Shown: piece by piece, positions 1 through 10,179 of the stretch
Position numbering within the stretch: the stretch's first letter is position 1
Layout: each line of letters opens with the position of its first letter
Source: an uncultured delta proteobacterium
GTDB lineage: Bacteria; Desulfobacterota; WTBG01; CAIYCZ01
Assembly (NCBI GenBank): GCA_963803975.1
Contig: CAWDOY010000002.1
Span: 1 to 49,865, forward strand
Reading direction: 5' to 3'
DNA: 49,865 nucleotides
Notes under the pieces: model-generated
Told to the model about the DNA's origin: nothing
Databases searched by the model: none
What the model saw: the letters and a program-made list of their open reading frames with translations, nothing else
Program-made: the position numbers and the translations under genes

Positions 1-2
1 CC

Positions 3-446
3 ACAAAAGTGTTAGAAGTTGCCCGGAAAAGATACAGCACCCTTAATACGCAATTCATCTTAATGGATGAATATCAACCGGCCGGATGCTTTGATCTGGC
101 GTTTTGTAACGGGGTATTTCACCATATCGCCCCGGACAAGCGGGCCGAAATCATAGGCTATATCTCTTCTGCTTTATGCAGAAAAGGATTTTTTGCTCTG
201 TGGGAGAACAATCCGTGGAATACGGGAGCACGCTATATCATGAAAAAAATCCCCTTTGATAAGGATGCCACGCCGGTCTCTGCACTGGAAGCGCGACGCT
301 TGCTTCAGGCAGGTGGTTTTGAGATTATAAACACTACCTTCCTATTTGTTTTCCCCAAGGTTCTCAGCTGGTTTCGTATTTTTGAGCCATTTTTGGCGCG
401 GCTCCCATTCGGAGCCCAGTATCAGGTGTTGTGCCGCAAGCCATAA
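3..446 (+). CDS. Class I SAM-dependent methyltransferase (5'-partial)
   Basis: Frame open from window edge; FDLAFCNGVFHHI and 'ALCRKGFFALWENNPWN' are typical class I MTase post-motif segments; motif I lies outside the window. Confidence 0.8.
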   Translation, partial: TKVLEVARKRYSTLNTQFILMDEYQPAGCFDLAFCNGVFHHIAPDKRAEIIGYISSALCRKGFFALWENNPWNTGARYIMKKIPFDKDATPVSALEARRLLQAGGFEIINTTFLFVFPKVLSWFRIFEPFLARLPFGAQYQVLCRKP

Positions 447-486
447 TTACCGCATGCTGTGCAATGTCGGGATATCGTTGTCCAGT

Positions 487-1854
487 CTAAGAGCAGCGCC
501 CGATCTTCTGTGCTGCTTCGAAACCCATCATCATGACTTCATCAATATTTATATATTTGAAAGCGCCCTGCCTGCCTATGCTGTATAGACCATTGAAGCT
601 GTCAATATAGTCCCTGATTTTTGCTAAATTCTCAGCATACGCCAAATCATAGGTGGGGTAAGCGTGTCGTTCCTTAACCACGTGGTAGTTGTCCACCCAC
701 TCCCTTTTTAAATAGCTTTCTTCTTCAGCCTGCTGTATCACTTTTTCATACAGCGCATCATTACTCATGCCCCACAGATTGTCTTTATAATCACAGGGAA
801 TTTCAATGCACACCCCTGCTTTATCCTCGGGACACATAGCCGGGCTGAAATTTTTAAATTCACTTGTCCTCTGGAAAATGCATTCTCTGTCGGGAAAATA
901 AATCCAGTGATTGTCGGTCACGGCTGGCCGGTTAATCTCCAAAAACATAAAAATCACTGATCTGAATTCCAGATTTCCTTTTGGTTTTTTCTCCTGAGAA
1001 TTAGAATCGTTTACCAGCATTTCCTGCAACCCATTTATTGGCATCGTCGAAATCATCTGTTGACCATTAAAGCATTCACCGTTTTGAGAATAGACGCTGA
1101 AACCGGATGCATCGTTAACTATTTTTACCACCTCTGCCTGCAGGACAATCTTGCCCCCCTGCCGGGCAACATAATCAGCCATAAGCTTTGCCAACTGTCC
1201 GATGCCGTATTTTGGATAATAGAAGACCTTCTGATAGGGAGAGTGGGGCAGGTGATAATGATTGCGGAATTTTGCCATATTTTTTGTCACCGCGCTAATC
1301 AATACATCAAACAAATTCTGCACCGCAATGCGCTCCTGTGCACAGATCGCAGCCATCTGGGCAGGCGGTTTGCCCCACACCTTCTGTGTGTAAGGGCCGA
1401 AGTAAATGTCATACATCTTCTTGCCAAAGTGGCTGATAACCCACGATTCAAACGAATCATTCTTTTTCTTTACTACGAGATTGACCAGTGTCTGTCTGCA
1501 GAAATCCAGAAAACATCCCAGTGACACTTTGAGAGGCAGCCCGAATAAGATGTCACTGATTCCCAGAGGATAATTTAAATATTTCCCCAGAAACCAGTGA
1601 CTGGCTTTTTTCTGCGCTATTATCAAGTCATCTTTCAATATTTCATGCAAAAAGCTAATAACCCGCTGATCTTCAGTATGTATTTGGTGAGGCCCCAGAT
1701 CAAAAATGAAACCATTATAGGTAAAACTGCTGCTGAGGCCCCCGAGCACATCGCTTTTTTCAAGAACCACTATATCGGTGCACCCATTCTCAATCAACCG
1801 GTACGCCGCAGACAGGCCTGCTATCCCTGCTCCTATTATTATTACGGTACTCAT
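487..1854 (-). CDS. FAD-dependent oxidoreductase (protoporphyrinogen oxidase / UDP-galactopyranose mutase-like amine oxidase family)
   Basis: IIGAGIAGL dinucleotide fold, GGLSSS..FDLGPH, YPKYGIG, GRQGAFKYINIDE; next to an NDP-sugar epimerase. Confidence 0.85.
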   Translation of the reverse strand: MSTVIIIGAGIAGLSAAYRLIENGCTDIVVLEKSDVLGGLSSSFTYNGFIFDLGPHQIHTEDQRVISFLHEILKDDLIIAQKKASHWFLGKYLNYPLGISDILFGLPLKVSLGCFLDFCRQTLVNLVVKKKNDSFESWVISHFGKKMYDIYFGPYTQKVWGKPPAQMAAICAQERIAVQNLFDVLISAVTKNMAKFRNHYHLPHSPYQKVFYYPKYGIGQLAKLMADYVARQGGKIVLQAEVVKIVNDASGFSVYSQNGECFNGQQMISTMPINGLQEMLVNDSNSQEKKPKGNLEFRSVIFMFLEINRPAVTDNHWIYFPDRECIFQRTSEFKNFSPAMCPEDKAGVCIEIPCDYKDNLWGMSNDALYEKVIQQAEEESYLKREWVDNYHVVKERHAYPTYDLAYAENLAKIRDYIDSFNGLYSIGRQGAFKYINIDEVMMMGFEAAQKIGRCS

Positions 1855-1860
1855 CTTTTT

Positions 1861-2812
1861 TTATACCACCTGCGCAGCTATGGCCTCTGACATCCACCGG
1901 TAGACGCGGGCAATTCCCTTATCCAGCGGCGTTTCCGGCTCCCAGCCAAGTTCTTGTCTTGCCAGCGTGGAGTCCAGGATGTTTGTTTGGACATCACAGC
2001 TTCTATTCGTTTTATAAACAATCCGGGGGCTCTTATCTGTAATGATTCCAATTTTTTTCACAATCTCATTAATTGAATAGCCCCTCCCGCTTCCCACATT
2101 AAAAATTCTTGCATCGCCCGAATACATTAAAATCTTTGCTAAGCACTTCATCGCATCTCTGATATAAATATAATCTCTTACGATTGTGCCATCTCCCCAT
2201 ATCTCAATGGGCTGTTCCCTTGCAAATATTGTACAGAAATGTTGCGATAAGGCCCTGCATGTTATTCCAGTCCTGCCGCTCCCCATATGGGTTTGACAAC
2301 CTAGCAATGCAGTAGTCAATACCGTAGAGATGGCGATAGAGATACAAATACTTTTCTACCATTAACTTTGTGATACCATAGGAACACAGGGGGTAATTAT
2401 TTTCCTGCTCTTTAATCGGCACAGCAGCCAGATTGCCGTAGACCGTTCCCCCGGAAGAAATAAAAATTAATCTGGCCGCTGGTTTATTTTTCAGGCAATA
2501 TAGCATTTTTAAGGTGGAGATAACGTTTGTTTCTATATCATAGCAACAATTAACATTGGACGTCGATGGGATGGTGCTGCAAACCAGGTGAAATATGTAA
2601 TCCACATCTTTTAAAGCGCGCTCCACATCGGTAATGTTTATGAAGTCACCCTCTATAACATCAAGGTCTCCTCTGAGAAAGGATATGTTTTTGTGGGAGA
2701 AGTTCTTTTTGTCAAAAATTCTTATAGAGTACTCACCCAGCAGGGATTCAGCGATGTGTGAGCCAATGAAGCCCCCGCCTCCCAATATAAGAACTTTTTT
2801 TTTCTGTTTCAT
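1861..2812 (-). CDS. NAD-dependent epimerase/dehydratase (NDP-sugar SDR), frameshifted near 2218
   Basis: ORF 2204-2812 has GGGGFIG, SSGGTVYG, YGITK; ORF 1861-2319 continues with IWGDGTIVRDYIY and FNVGSG; removing one G from AAGGGAACAG joins them. Confidence 0.85.
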
Positions 2813-3184
2813 TGCACGGTTCGTTAAACAGGTGTTTTAAGCAGCAACAGCTAATTTTACAAGTCTGCACCCAGTGCGCTGATAGGGTCTTCTTTTATAT
2901 GATTAACACAGGAACAAAAAGTAGTCACCCTAATTGGCAGGAGACTGTAAAATTTAACCAGACAGCACGACAGCTCCATTCCACAGTTTTTATATGCGGC
3001 CGAAAATCATGTGCACCATAAATCGGACATGGTCGATAATGCCACATGCACTATAACACAATCACCTATATTGATAAAATGATAATTCTATTGTAATGTT
3101 TGCAGGGTAACGTGCGCAGAGCACAACCTTATAAAAGCTGTCCGCTCATGGCTGGTGGCTGATAGTTTCTGGTGGAGCATCTTA

Positions 3185-3457
3185 ATGAATATACGTGTTC
3201 ATGTTTTAGTAGAAGGCCGGGTCCAGGGAGTCTTCTTCCGCTCCGAGACGCTCAGTGTGGCCCGGCAATATCATCTTACCGGCTGGGTAAGAAATCTCCC
3301 TGATGGGCGGGTGGAAGCTGTCTTTGAAGGCGAGGAAGAAGATGTCGAGAAAGCGGTCCAGTGGTGTCACAAGGGCCCGCCCCATGCCATGGTAAGACAG
3401 GTGAGCGTGACCAGCGAACCATATCAGGGCGAATTTGAAACCTTTTCTATCACATAG
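3185..3457 (+). CDS. acyP: Acylphosphatase
   Basis: GRVQGVFFR and GWVRNLPDGRVEAVFEG signatures; GGAG RBS before ATG 3185. Confidence 0.95.
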   Translation: MNIRVHVLVEGRVQGVFFRSETLSVARQYHLTGWVRNLPDGRVEAVFEGEEEDVEKAVQWCHKGPPHAMVRQVSVTSEPYQGEFETFSIT

Positions 3458-3462
3458 TATTA

Positions 3463-3566
3463 ACCGCGAGCTCGCAGAGCACGCGGAGCCCAATAGTAGC
3501 GGGAACATTTCAGGTTTTATTTCACAACGCAGAAAATTGCTCAGCGGACCCGGCGCTCTCCGCGGT
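3463..3566. repeat. Intergenic imperfect palindrome built of short CGC(A/G)GAG-type repeats
   Basis: ACCGCGAGCTCGCAGAGCACGCGGAG ... CTCAGCGGACCCGGCGCTCTCCGCGGT; terminal ACCGCG/CGCGGT complementary. Confidence 0.5.
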
Positions 3567-3578
3567 AAATATAACCGA

Positions 3579-5300
3579 ATGAAAATTCTTCTCATCCAGC
3601 CTCCGGTCAGGGATTTTTATCAGACCCCTATCAGAACCCAGCCAATCGGACTGGCATATCTTGCCGCCGCACTCGAACAAACAGGCTGTGACGTCGAGAT
3701 TCTTGACTGCCAGGTCACGGACCAGAAAAAATCGATCCCGGTTCCCGAAAGATTCTCCGGCATAACAGAGTTTTATCCCCGTGGCGATCTGAGCCCGTTC
3801 CGCCTTTACTCAGGCTACCATCACTTCGGGCTCTCCTACGAAGAGATTAAAGAGCGCATTAAACAGAGCAGCGCAGATGTTATTGGCATTTCAAGCCAGT
3901 TCACGCCCTACTGCGAAGAGGCCTGCTACCATTGCTTCCCTGGCAAAAGCGATTAATGTGACAACGCCGGTCATCATGGGTGGAGCGCATGTTTCTGCCG
4001 CACCGGCAGAAGTGCTCAGGCATCCGGCAGTGGATTATATCGTGACCGGAGAGGGGGATGAAACATTCCCGCTTCTGGTAGACTATATTAAACAGGGCCG
4101 GCAGCCGGATGACCTTGACGGGGTTGGCTACCGGGTGAATGGAAAGGCGCACATCAATCCGAAGCGTTTCTTTATAAATGACATTGACGCACTTGCCTTT
4201 CCTGCACGGCACCTGCTCGACTTTTCACGCTACACCATACAGGGCCGGCCCTACACCGTGCTCATCACCAGCCGCGGCTGTCCGCAGGGATGCACCTACT
4301 GTTCTGTCTCTCAGGTCATGGGGAAAACATTCAGAGCACGCTCTGCGGCAACGGTGATTGAAGAAATTAAACGCTGCAGGGAAAAATACGGCATCTCGCT
4401 GTTTGACATCGAAGATGACAATTTCACCCTTGATCAAAAGCGGGCTTTGCAGATTCTAAATCTTCTGATTGAGGAATTCGGCGAAGATGAACTGCAGCTT
4501 TTTGCCATGAATGGCCTTTCAATTTTTTCATTAAATAAAGAGCTGCTGGAAAAGATGAAACGCGCCGGCTTCCACCATCTCGACCTGTCGCTGGGCAGTA
4601 TCTCCCGTCATGCAAGCACGCAGATAAACCGGCCGTATGACCCGGAAAAAACAGCTCTTGTTCTTAACCAGGCAGCGGCATACAGGCTCCCGACAACTAC
4701 GTATATAATATACGGGATACCCGGACACCGCCTGGAGGATATGGTGCAGTCGCTGCGCTATCTTGCGCAGCAGCAGACCCTGATTGGCCCGAGCATCTTC
4801 TATCCGACGCCCGGCACAGCGGTCTATACTGATTTGTTCGGCGATTGCCACGCGCCGGATTTTACCGCGCTGCGCTCAAGCCTGTTCCCCGTGGAGACGG
4901 AGCAGTTTTCGCGGATCGACCTCGTTACGCTGCTCAGGCTTTCACGGTGGATAAACTTTATCAAACAGATACTCTTGCCGGAACTGATGCTAGAAAACAG
5001 ATATCTTTGAATGAGTTGCAGGAGATTAGCGTAAATACCTGGCTGCCTGAGGAGATAAAGGAATCTGGGCAAACCACTTTTTCCCTATTGCAACCGGCGG
5101 CGTTAACAATAGAAGAAGCAGGGAAGATTATGACGGCTATTTTTTTACACAGAAAATCGATGTGGGGATTAAAGCGGCTCCGCTTAAAACAGCAACACAC
5201 CTATACCTACCAAATCTTCCCGCACCAAATCTCACAAAAAGTGCTTCAGCTTTTCTGGGATCACAAAGATGTCTTATCTATTCAGCAGCGGCCTGCATAA
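3579..5300 (+). CDS. B12-binding domain radical SAM protein, frameshifted near 3924 (and probably near 4997)
   Basis: MKILLIQPP..PIGLAYLAA B12-binding N-terminus, GGAHVS, TSRGCPQGCTYC, EDDNFT; pieces 3579-3956, 3877-5010 and probably 4845-5300 (last junction less certain). Confidence 0.8.
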
Positions 5301-5452
5301 GAGCTTTGAGAATCGTTAACTGTCTCGTCACAAAGCCTCTGTTTTTTCTGTCATGCTATTATGAACATCGGAGGGTTCACACGCCCTCCGTCCTCCCCGG
5401 TCAATGCCTCACTCCCAAGCAGATGCGCCCTTGCCTGCCGCACCAAATAAAA

Positions 5453-5482
5453 ACAGCCGCCGGATGATTGTCCGGCGGCTGT
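5453..5482. terminator. Bidirectional rho-independent terminator
   Basis: ACAGCCGCCGGA-TGATTG-TCCGGCGGCTGT perfect 12 bp stem with A-rich and T-rich flanks between convergent genes. Confidence 0.85.
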
Positions 5483-5505
5483 AAATTTTTTTTATTCCAG
5501 AATGA

Positions 5506-6534
5506 CTACTTTTCTATTTCAACTTTTGCCTCTTTTTTAATTTTATCAACATAGTCAGTCATGGGTTTTTGCGCCTTCTGGCTCTTCAGATAGTCTTCAA
5601 TCTTGTCCTTCACATCGGCAAATTTTACTGTATCAGCAGGCTTGCGGTCCATCACTTTGATGATGTGATAACCAAACGGGCTTTCTACCACATCGCTCAG
5701 CTCACCCAATTTAAGCGCAGCAGCGGCTTTCTCAAACTCCGGCACCATCTGGCCCTTGCCGAAGTATCCCAGGTCCCCGCCCTTGGCAGCGCTGGGGCAA
5801 TTTGACTCAGCCTTGGCCACGGCTGCAAAATCCTCTCCTTTTGCAACCCGTTTTCTGATTGCCTCAGCCTTTTCTTTGGCCTTTTTTTTATCCTCGGGGG
5901 TTGCCTTCTGGTCAGCGCTTATAAGGATGTGGCTTGCCTGGGTGCGCTCCGGCATTTTAAATTTATCCGGATTGTCGTCATAGAATTTTTTTGCGTCAGC
6001 CTCGGTGACGGTGATTTTGCTGAACACCTCTTTTTGCATGAGGTTGTCGATGACAATATTTCTCCGGGCAAGGTCTTTGAGTTTATTCTCGGTTATATTT
6101 GCACCTTTGAGGGCTTTTTCAAAGTCTGCCTGTGACGGAAACTGTTTTCTCGTCTGGCCAACCTTCTCATCCACCTTCTGCTCGAGATCCTTTACGGTCA
6201 GCTTTTTGCCTTTTTGATACAGAACCTCAATATTGATAAGCTGATCCAGTGCAGCATTTTCCATCTGCGGCATCATTTCCGGGGTTGGCTGCTGGCCGCC
6301 CCTGCCCCCGCCCTGGGCGAGTATTTCCTGTAAGGCCCGGTCCCGTTCGCCCCTGGTTATGGCTACGCCATTGACTTTTGCGAGCACGGTGCCGGGAGAT
6401 GCTTGTTCCATGGTAGTTCCCTTTTTCTCGGGTGCAGCCTTCTCTTCGCTAAGGGCTGCTGTGGTCTGCACAAGCAGCAGAATGATGGCATAGCAGAGAG
6501 CCTTTGTTGCACTGTTTTGTGAACGGTTTATCAT
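5506..6534 (-). CDS. Peptidylprolyl isomerase, PpiC/SurA/PrsA-type exported foldase
   Basis: Signal peptide, SurA-like N domain, ASHILI, SNCPSAAKGGDLGYF, MVPEFE, FGYHII parvulin motifs; AGGAG RBS. Confidence 0.93.
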   Translation of the reverse strand: MINRSQNSATKALCYAIILLLVQTTAALSEEKAAPEKKGTTMEQASPGTVLAKVNGVAITRGERDRALQEILAQGGGRGGQQPTPEMMPQMENAALDQLINIEVLYQKGKKLTVKDLEQKVDEKVGQTRKQFPSQADFEKALKGANITENKLKDLARRNIVIDNLMQKEVFSKITVTEADAKKFYDDNPDKFKMPERTQASHILISADQKATPEDKKKAKEKAEAIRKRVAKGEDFAAVAKAESNCPSAAKGGDLGYFGKGQMVPEFEKAAAALKLGELSDVVESPFGYHIIKVMDRKPADTVKFADVKDKIEDYLKSQKAQKPMTDYVDKIKKEAKVEIEK

Positions 6535-6891
6535 TTGTTCTCCTTTTTAAATTGTTCCTGTGCTTCATCGCAGCGGAGCGTGCTGCCGTTCCCGTCGTAA
6601 GGGGACAGGGCTCCGGGAAGATAATTAAATAGTATATTAAAAACACACACACCTGGCCCCAAAGCATGAGACCACGAGGCATGAAATCGCCTGGTTCGTT
6701 TTCGGGTATAAGATTTGTTATATGCTATTTAGCATAATAAAACAAGCTTTTATATCGCGGCGTTCGACTGCCGGTCACGGCAGCAGTACTGAATAACCGG
6801 AACATGTGCCGGCAGCTTCATCTAAACATGAGCTTCGCTGGTACCCTCATTCATTCCCGCAGTGACGGTCAGGTCCATATTAAAAAATAAA

Positions 6892-6919
6892 GGCAGAACC
6901 ATAGTGTTATGATTCTGCC
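6892..6919 (-). terminator. Rho-independent terminator of the nuoEFG-like operon
   Basis: Minus strand GGCAGAATCATA-ACAC-TATGGTTCTGCC followed by TTTATTTTTT. Confidence 0.7.
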
Positions 6920-6972
6920 GTACTGTATTAATTTAATGGCAGCTAAGTTTAAACTACGCCGGCTCCAGAGAA

Positions 6973-7662
6973 TTACTGTGAGTACCGGGCGCATTGAAAG
7001 CCCTTGCCCAGCTCGCACCACACGCAGGAATCGGGCCGGTTTTCTGTAATCATCAGCTGCGCCTCGCACTTACCGCAGAGATACTCTTCTCCCGGCCTCA
7101 TGGGCCCTTTACAGGGGGTTATGGTCATGGGGCAAAGCATGGTACAGGAGCCGCAGTGCTTGCAGAAATCTTCCCGTTTGCCCAGAGGAAAATCAACGTG
7201 CCGGTCTTTACCGCGACCGACAAATCCGATGGCCCGGGCCTTCCACATTTCCGTACACACCCGCACGCACCGGCCGCACAGTACACAGTCGCTGTTCCTG
7301 AAGGGGTAGCGCACCTCCTTTACCCCGCAGCGTACCGCGACGTCCTGGATTGCTTTGGAGTTAGGGGCCTGGGCTACCAGCAGTTCTGCGATGTTTCGGC
7401 GCAGTTTTTTTATTTTTTCCGAATTGCTGATTATCGCCATGCCCTCCTGGACATTCAGCGTGCAGGAGGTAGTAACTTTTGACCGGCCATTGCTAATCTG
7501 CTCTACAATGCAAATACGGCATGCGCCAATGTCTGAAAGGTTCGGCACATGGCAAAGGTGGGGAATGCAAATTCCGTATTCAATAGCCGCGTCAAGCACA
7601 CTTGCGCCTTTTGCCGCCCGCACCTGGGCGCCATCAATGGTAAGGGTTACATATTGTTTCAT
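6973..7662 (-). CDS. 2Fe-2S/4Fe-4S protein, NuoG/HydA N-terminal-like (BamI/HoxU-like), no catalytic domain
   Basis: IPHLCH..GACRICIVE..TSC 2Fe-2S motif, CVLCGRCVRVC and CKHCGSCTMLCP; Cys-rich tail; only 229 aa. Confidence 0.88.
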   Translation of the reverse strand: MKQYVTLTIDGAQVRAAKGASVLDAAIEYGICIPHLCHVPNLSDIGACRICIVEQISNGRSKVTTSCTLNVQEGMAIISNSEKIKKLRRNIAELLVAQAPNSKAIQDVAVRCGVKEVRYPFRNSDCVLCGRCVRVCTEMWKARAIGFVGRGKDRHVDFPLGKREDFCKHCGSCTMLCPMTITPCKGPMRPGEEYLCGKCEAQLMITENRPDSCVWCELGKGFQCARYSQ

Positions 7663-7673
7663 ATCTCACCTCA

Positions 7674-9527
7674 TCAGTTGACTGTTACTGCCTGCGTTTT
7701 GCACTCATCCGCGCAGATGCCGCATTTGCTGCACAGCTGGGGATCAATGACGTGGGCCTGTTTTTTTTCTCCTTTAATTGCTCCGAGGGGGCATGCGCTA
7801 AGACACAGTCCGCAGCCCTTGCATTTCTCCGCATCTATCGCATAGGTAATCAAGGGCTTGCAGACCCCGGCGGGACAGCGTTTCTGGTTAATGTGGGCCG
7901 CGTATTCCTCGGGAAAATACCGGAGCGTCGAAAGCACGGGGTTAGGCGCAGTTTTGCCCAGCCCGCACAGAGATGTTTCCCGCACCGTATCTGCCAGTTC
8001 CTGCAGCAGGCCGATGTGCTCAGGCTTGCCCCGGCCGTCGGTGATGCCGGTTATGAGCTCAAGCATCCGGTCAACTCCTAACCGGCAGGGCACGCACTTG
8101 CCGCAGGACTCATCCTGCAGAAACTGGAGGAAGTATTTTGCAACATCCACCATGCAGGTGCTCTCGTCCATGACCACCATGCCGCCCGAACCCACCATCG
8201 AGCCGGCATCATAGAGGGCGTCAAAATCAACCGGAAGGTCAAACTTGCTGACCGGGAGGCAGCCACCAGAAGGTCCCCCGGTCTGGACTGCTTTAATGGC
8301 TTTACCGTTCGTTGCCCCGCCGCCTATACCGTACACAATCGTGCGCAGAGAAGTGCCCATGGCCACTTCCACAAGACCGGTGTTTTTGATGCGGCCGGTG
8401 AGTGCGAGAATTTTAGTTCCTTTACTGTTTTTAGTCCCCTTTGCGGCAAACCACGCTGCGCCGTTTTTAATAATGAACGGCACATTGGCCCAGGTCTCAA
8501 CATTGTTCAGGGTCGTCGGCTTATACCAGAGACCTTCTTCAACCGTGTGCACATCCTTGGGCCGCGGCTCGCCCACTTTACCCTCCAGCGACGCCATCAA
8601 TGCCGTTGACTCGCCACAGACAAAGGCCCCGCCGCCGCGGGCAATCTCAACGTCAAAAGAAAATTGAGACCCTAAAATATTTTCACCCAGAAGACCGTAT
8701 TCCCGTGCCTGCTGTACGGCAATTTTTGCATGTTCGACCGCCAGGGGATATTCCTTGCGTACGTAGATATACCCCTGAGCCGCGCCAATGGCAAAAGCGC
8801 CAATCATCATACCCTCTAATACCAGGTGCGGGTTCCCTTCCAGGACGCTGCGGTCCATGTAGGCACCCGGGTCGCCTTCATCAGCATTGCAGATAACGTA
8901 TTTCTCATCCCCTGGTGCTTCCATGCAGTCCGCCCACTTGCGGCCGGTAGGAAAGCCGCCGCCGCCGCGCCCCCTCAGTCCGGATGTTTTAATTTCATCA
9001 ATCACCCGGCCGGATGTCATCTGGAACAGGGTTTTTGCCAGGGCCGCATACCCTCCTACAGACAGGTAGTCTTCTATAGAGCAGGGGTCAACCAGCCGGT
9101 TCTGTGACAGCAGCTGCCGGTCCTGTGCCTGATAAAATGGAATGTCTGCCTCGGTCTGAATCGTTTTGCCGGAGACCGGATCAACATAGAGCAGGCGCTC
9201 GATGACCACGCCGCTCATGACTGTTTTGGAAACAATGTCCTGGGCATCCTCAGGTTTAATATGACAATAGAAAACATTGCCCGGCTCAATAACCATCAGC
9301 GGCCCCTGCTCGCAGAACCCATGGCATCCCGAGGCGCGCACCGTGACGCTCTTTTCCAGGCCGTTTTTGATCAGCGCATCTTTCACTGCAGCAATGACGT
9401 CACTGCACTGGGATGCCTGACACCCGGTCCCGCCGCACAGGGTAAGTGTTGTGCGTATGCTTTGCCGCTGCGCCTGAATCTGTTTGCGCAGGGCTTCAAG
9501 ATCGTTTGCAGTATTGAGCTTGGTCAT
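7674..9527 (-). CDS. NuoF/HydB-like NAD(H)- and FMN-binding Fe-S subunit
   Basis: N-terminal CGGTGC/GCHGFC 2Fe-2S, SGLRGRGGGGFPTG, NADEGDPGA, GGPSGG, ESCGKCVPCRLG, C-terminal 2x[4Fe-4S] domain. Confidence 0.95.
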   Translation of the reverse strand: MTKLNTANDLEALRKQIQAQRQSIRTTLTLCGGTGCQASQCSDVIAAVKDALIKNGLEKSVTVRASGCHGFCEQGPLMVIEPGNVFYCHIKPEDAQDIVSKTVMSGVVIERLLYVDPVSGKTIQTEADIPFYQAQDRQLLSQNRLVDPCSIEDYLSVGGYAALAKTLFQMTSGRVIDEIKTSGLRGRGGGGFPTGRKWADCMEAPGDEKYVICNADEGDPGAYMDRSVLEGNPHLVLEGMMIGAFAIGAAQGYIYVRKEYPLAVEHAKIAVQQAREYGLLGENILGSQFSFDVEIARGGGAFVCGESTALMASLEGKVGEPRPKDVHTVEEGLWYKPTTLNNVETWANVPFIIKNGAAWFAAKGTKNSKGTKILALTGRIKNTGLVEVAMGTSLRTIVYGIGGGATNGKAIKAVQTGGPSGGCLPVSKFDLPVDFDALYDAGSMVGSGGMVVMDESTCMVDVAKYFLQFLQDESCGKCVPCRLGVDRMLELITGITDGRGKPEHIGLLQELADTVRETSLCGLGKTAPNPVLSTLRYFPEEYAAHINQKRCPAGVCKPLITYAIDAEKCKGCGLCLSACPLGAIKGEKKQAHVIDPQLCSKCGICADECKTQAVTVN

Positions 9528-10003
9528 AGCTGGCCCTCCTCCTTACTGGTGCTGCGTACTGAGTCAATCAGTTTTCTCAGTTTATTGGGGGTCTTGTGGT
9601 GATGGTAGTTGCCGTTATGAACCACGACCGGCCCCAGGGCACAGGCGCCGAGACAGTTAACCCGCTCAACCGTAAAAAAACCGTCCTCGGTGGTTGCTCC
9701 GGGCTGAATACCGAGCTGACCGTGAACCTGGTCAAGCAACTGATGAGCCCCCCTGACATGACAGGCCGTTCCCGTGCAGATGGTTATTACGTGTTTGCCG
9801 CGCGGCTTCAGCGAGAAGGCTTTGTAGAAATTGGCAACCCGGTATACCTCCATGAGCGGGACTCCCAGATCCTTTGAAACGGTCCTCATGGCATCTTCCG
9901 GGACATAGCCAAAGCTCTCCTGGACATCCTGCAGCACTTCGACCAGCTGCTGGGGCTGGCTCCGGCGTCCTTGCAGAATAGAGTCAAGAGTGGTTGGGGA
10001 CAT
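9524..10003 (-). CDS. NuoE/HydC-like 2Fe-2S subunit
   Basis: CTGTACHVRGA and NCLGACALGP; AAAGGAGG RBS before ATG at 10003; 4 nt overlap with the NuoF-like gene. Confidence 0.93.
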   Translation of the reverse strand: MSPTTLDSILQGRRSQPQQLVEVLQDVQESFGYVPEDAMRTVSKDLGVPLMEVYRVANFYKAFSLKPRGKHVITICTGTACHVRGAHQLLDQVHGQLGIQPGATTEDGFFTVERVNCLGACALGPVVVHNGNYHHHKTPNKLRKLIDSVRSTSKEEGQL

Positions 10004-10093
10004 ATGCGCCTCCTTTGTACTGTTAATATTAGATTGACAGGCCACACAGTAACGGGTAATCTTGCCGGTGTAAATACTCTTAAAATACCAATC

Positions 10094-10152
10094 TATTGCC
10101 TATATTATATAGGCAATATCTATCCCAATTTATTGCCTATTTAATGCCTATT
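10094..10152. promoter_or_regulatory. Palindromic operator plus extra half-sites between divergent nuoE-like gene and LuxR regulator
   Basis: TATTGCCTATAT-T-ATATAGGCAATA perfect 12 bp arms (10094-10118); TATTGCCTAT again at 10131-10140 and ATGCCTAT near 10144. Confidence 0.65.
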
Positions 10153-10179
10153 AAATTTTGGCAGGGAGGAGCAGACAGC

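Noticed and set aside
6973..10003. Respiratory complex I or [FeFe]-hydrogenase
   Set aside because: No membrane nuo genes and no H-cluster motifs in the third subunit
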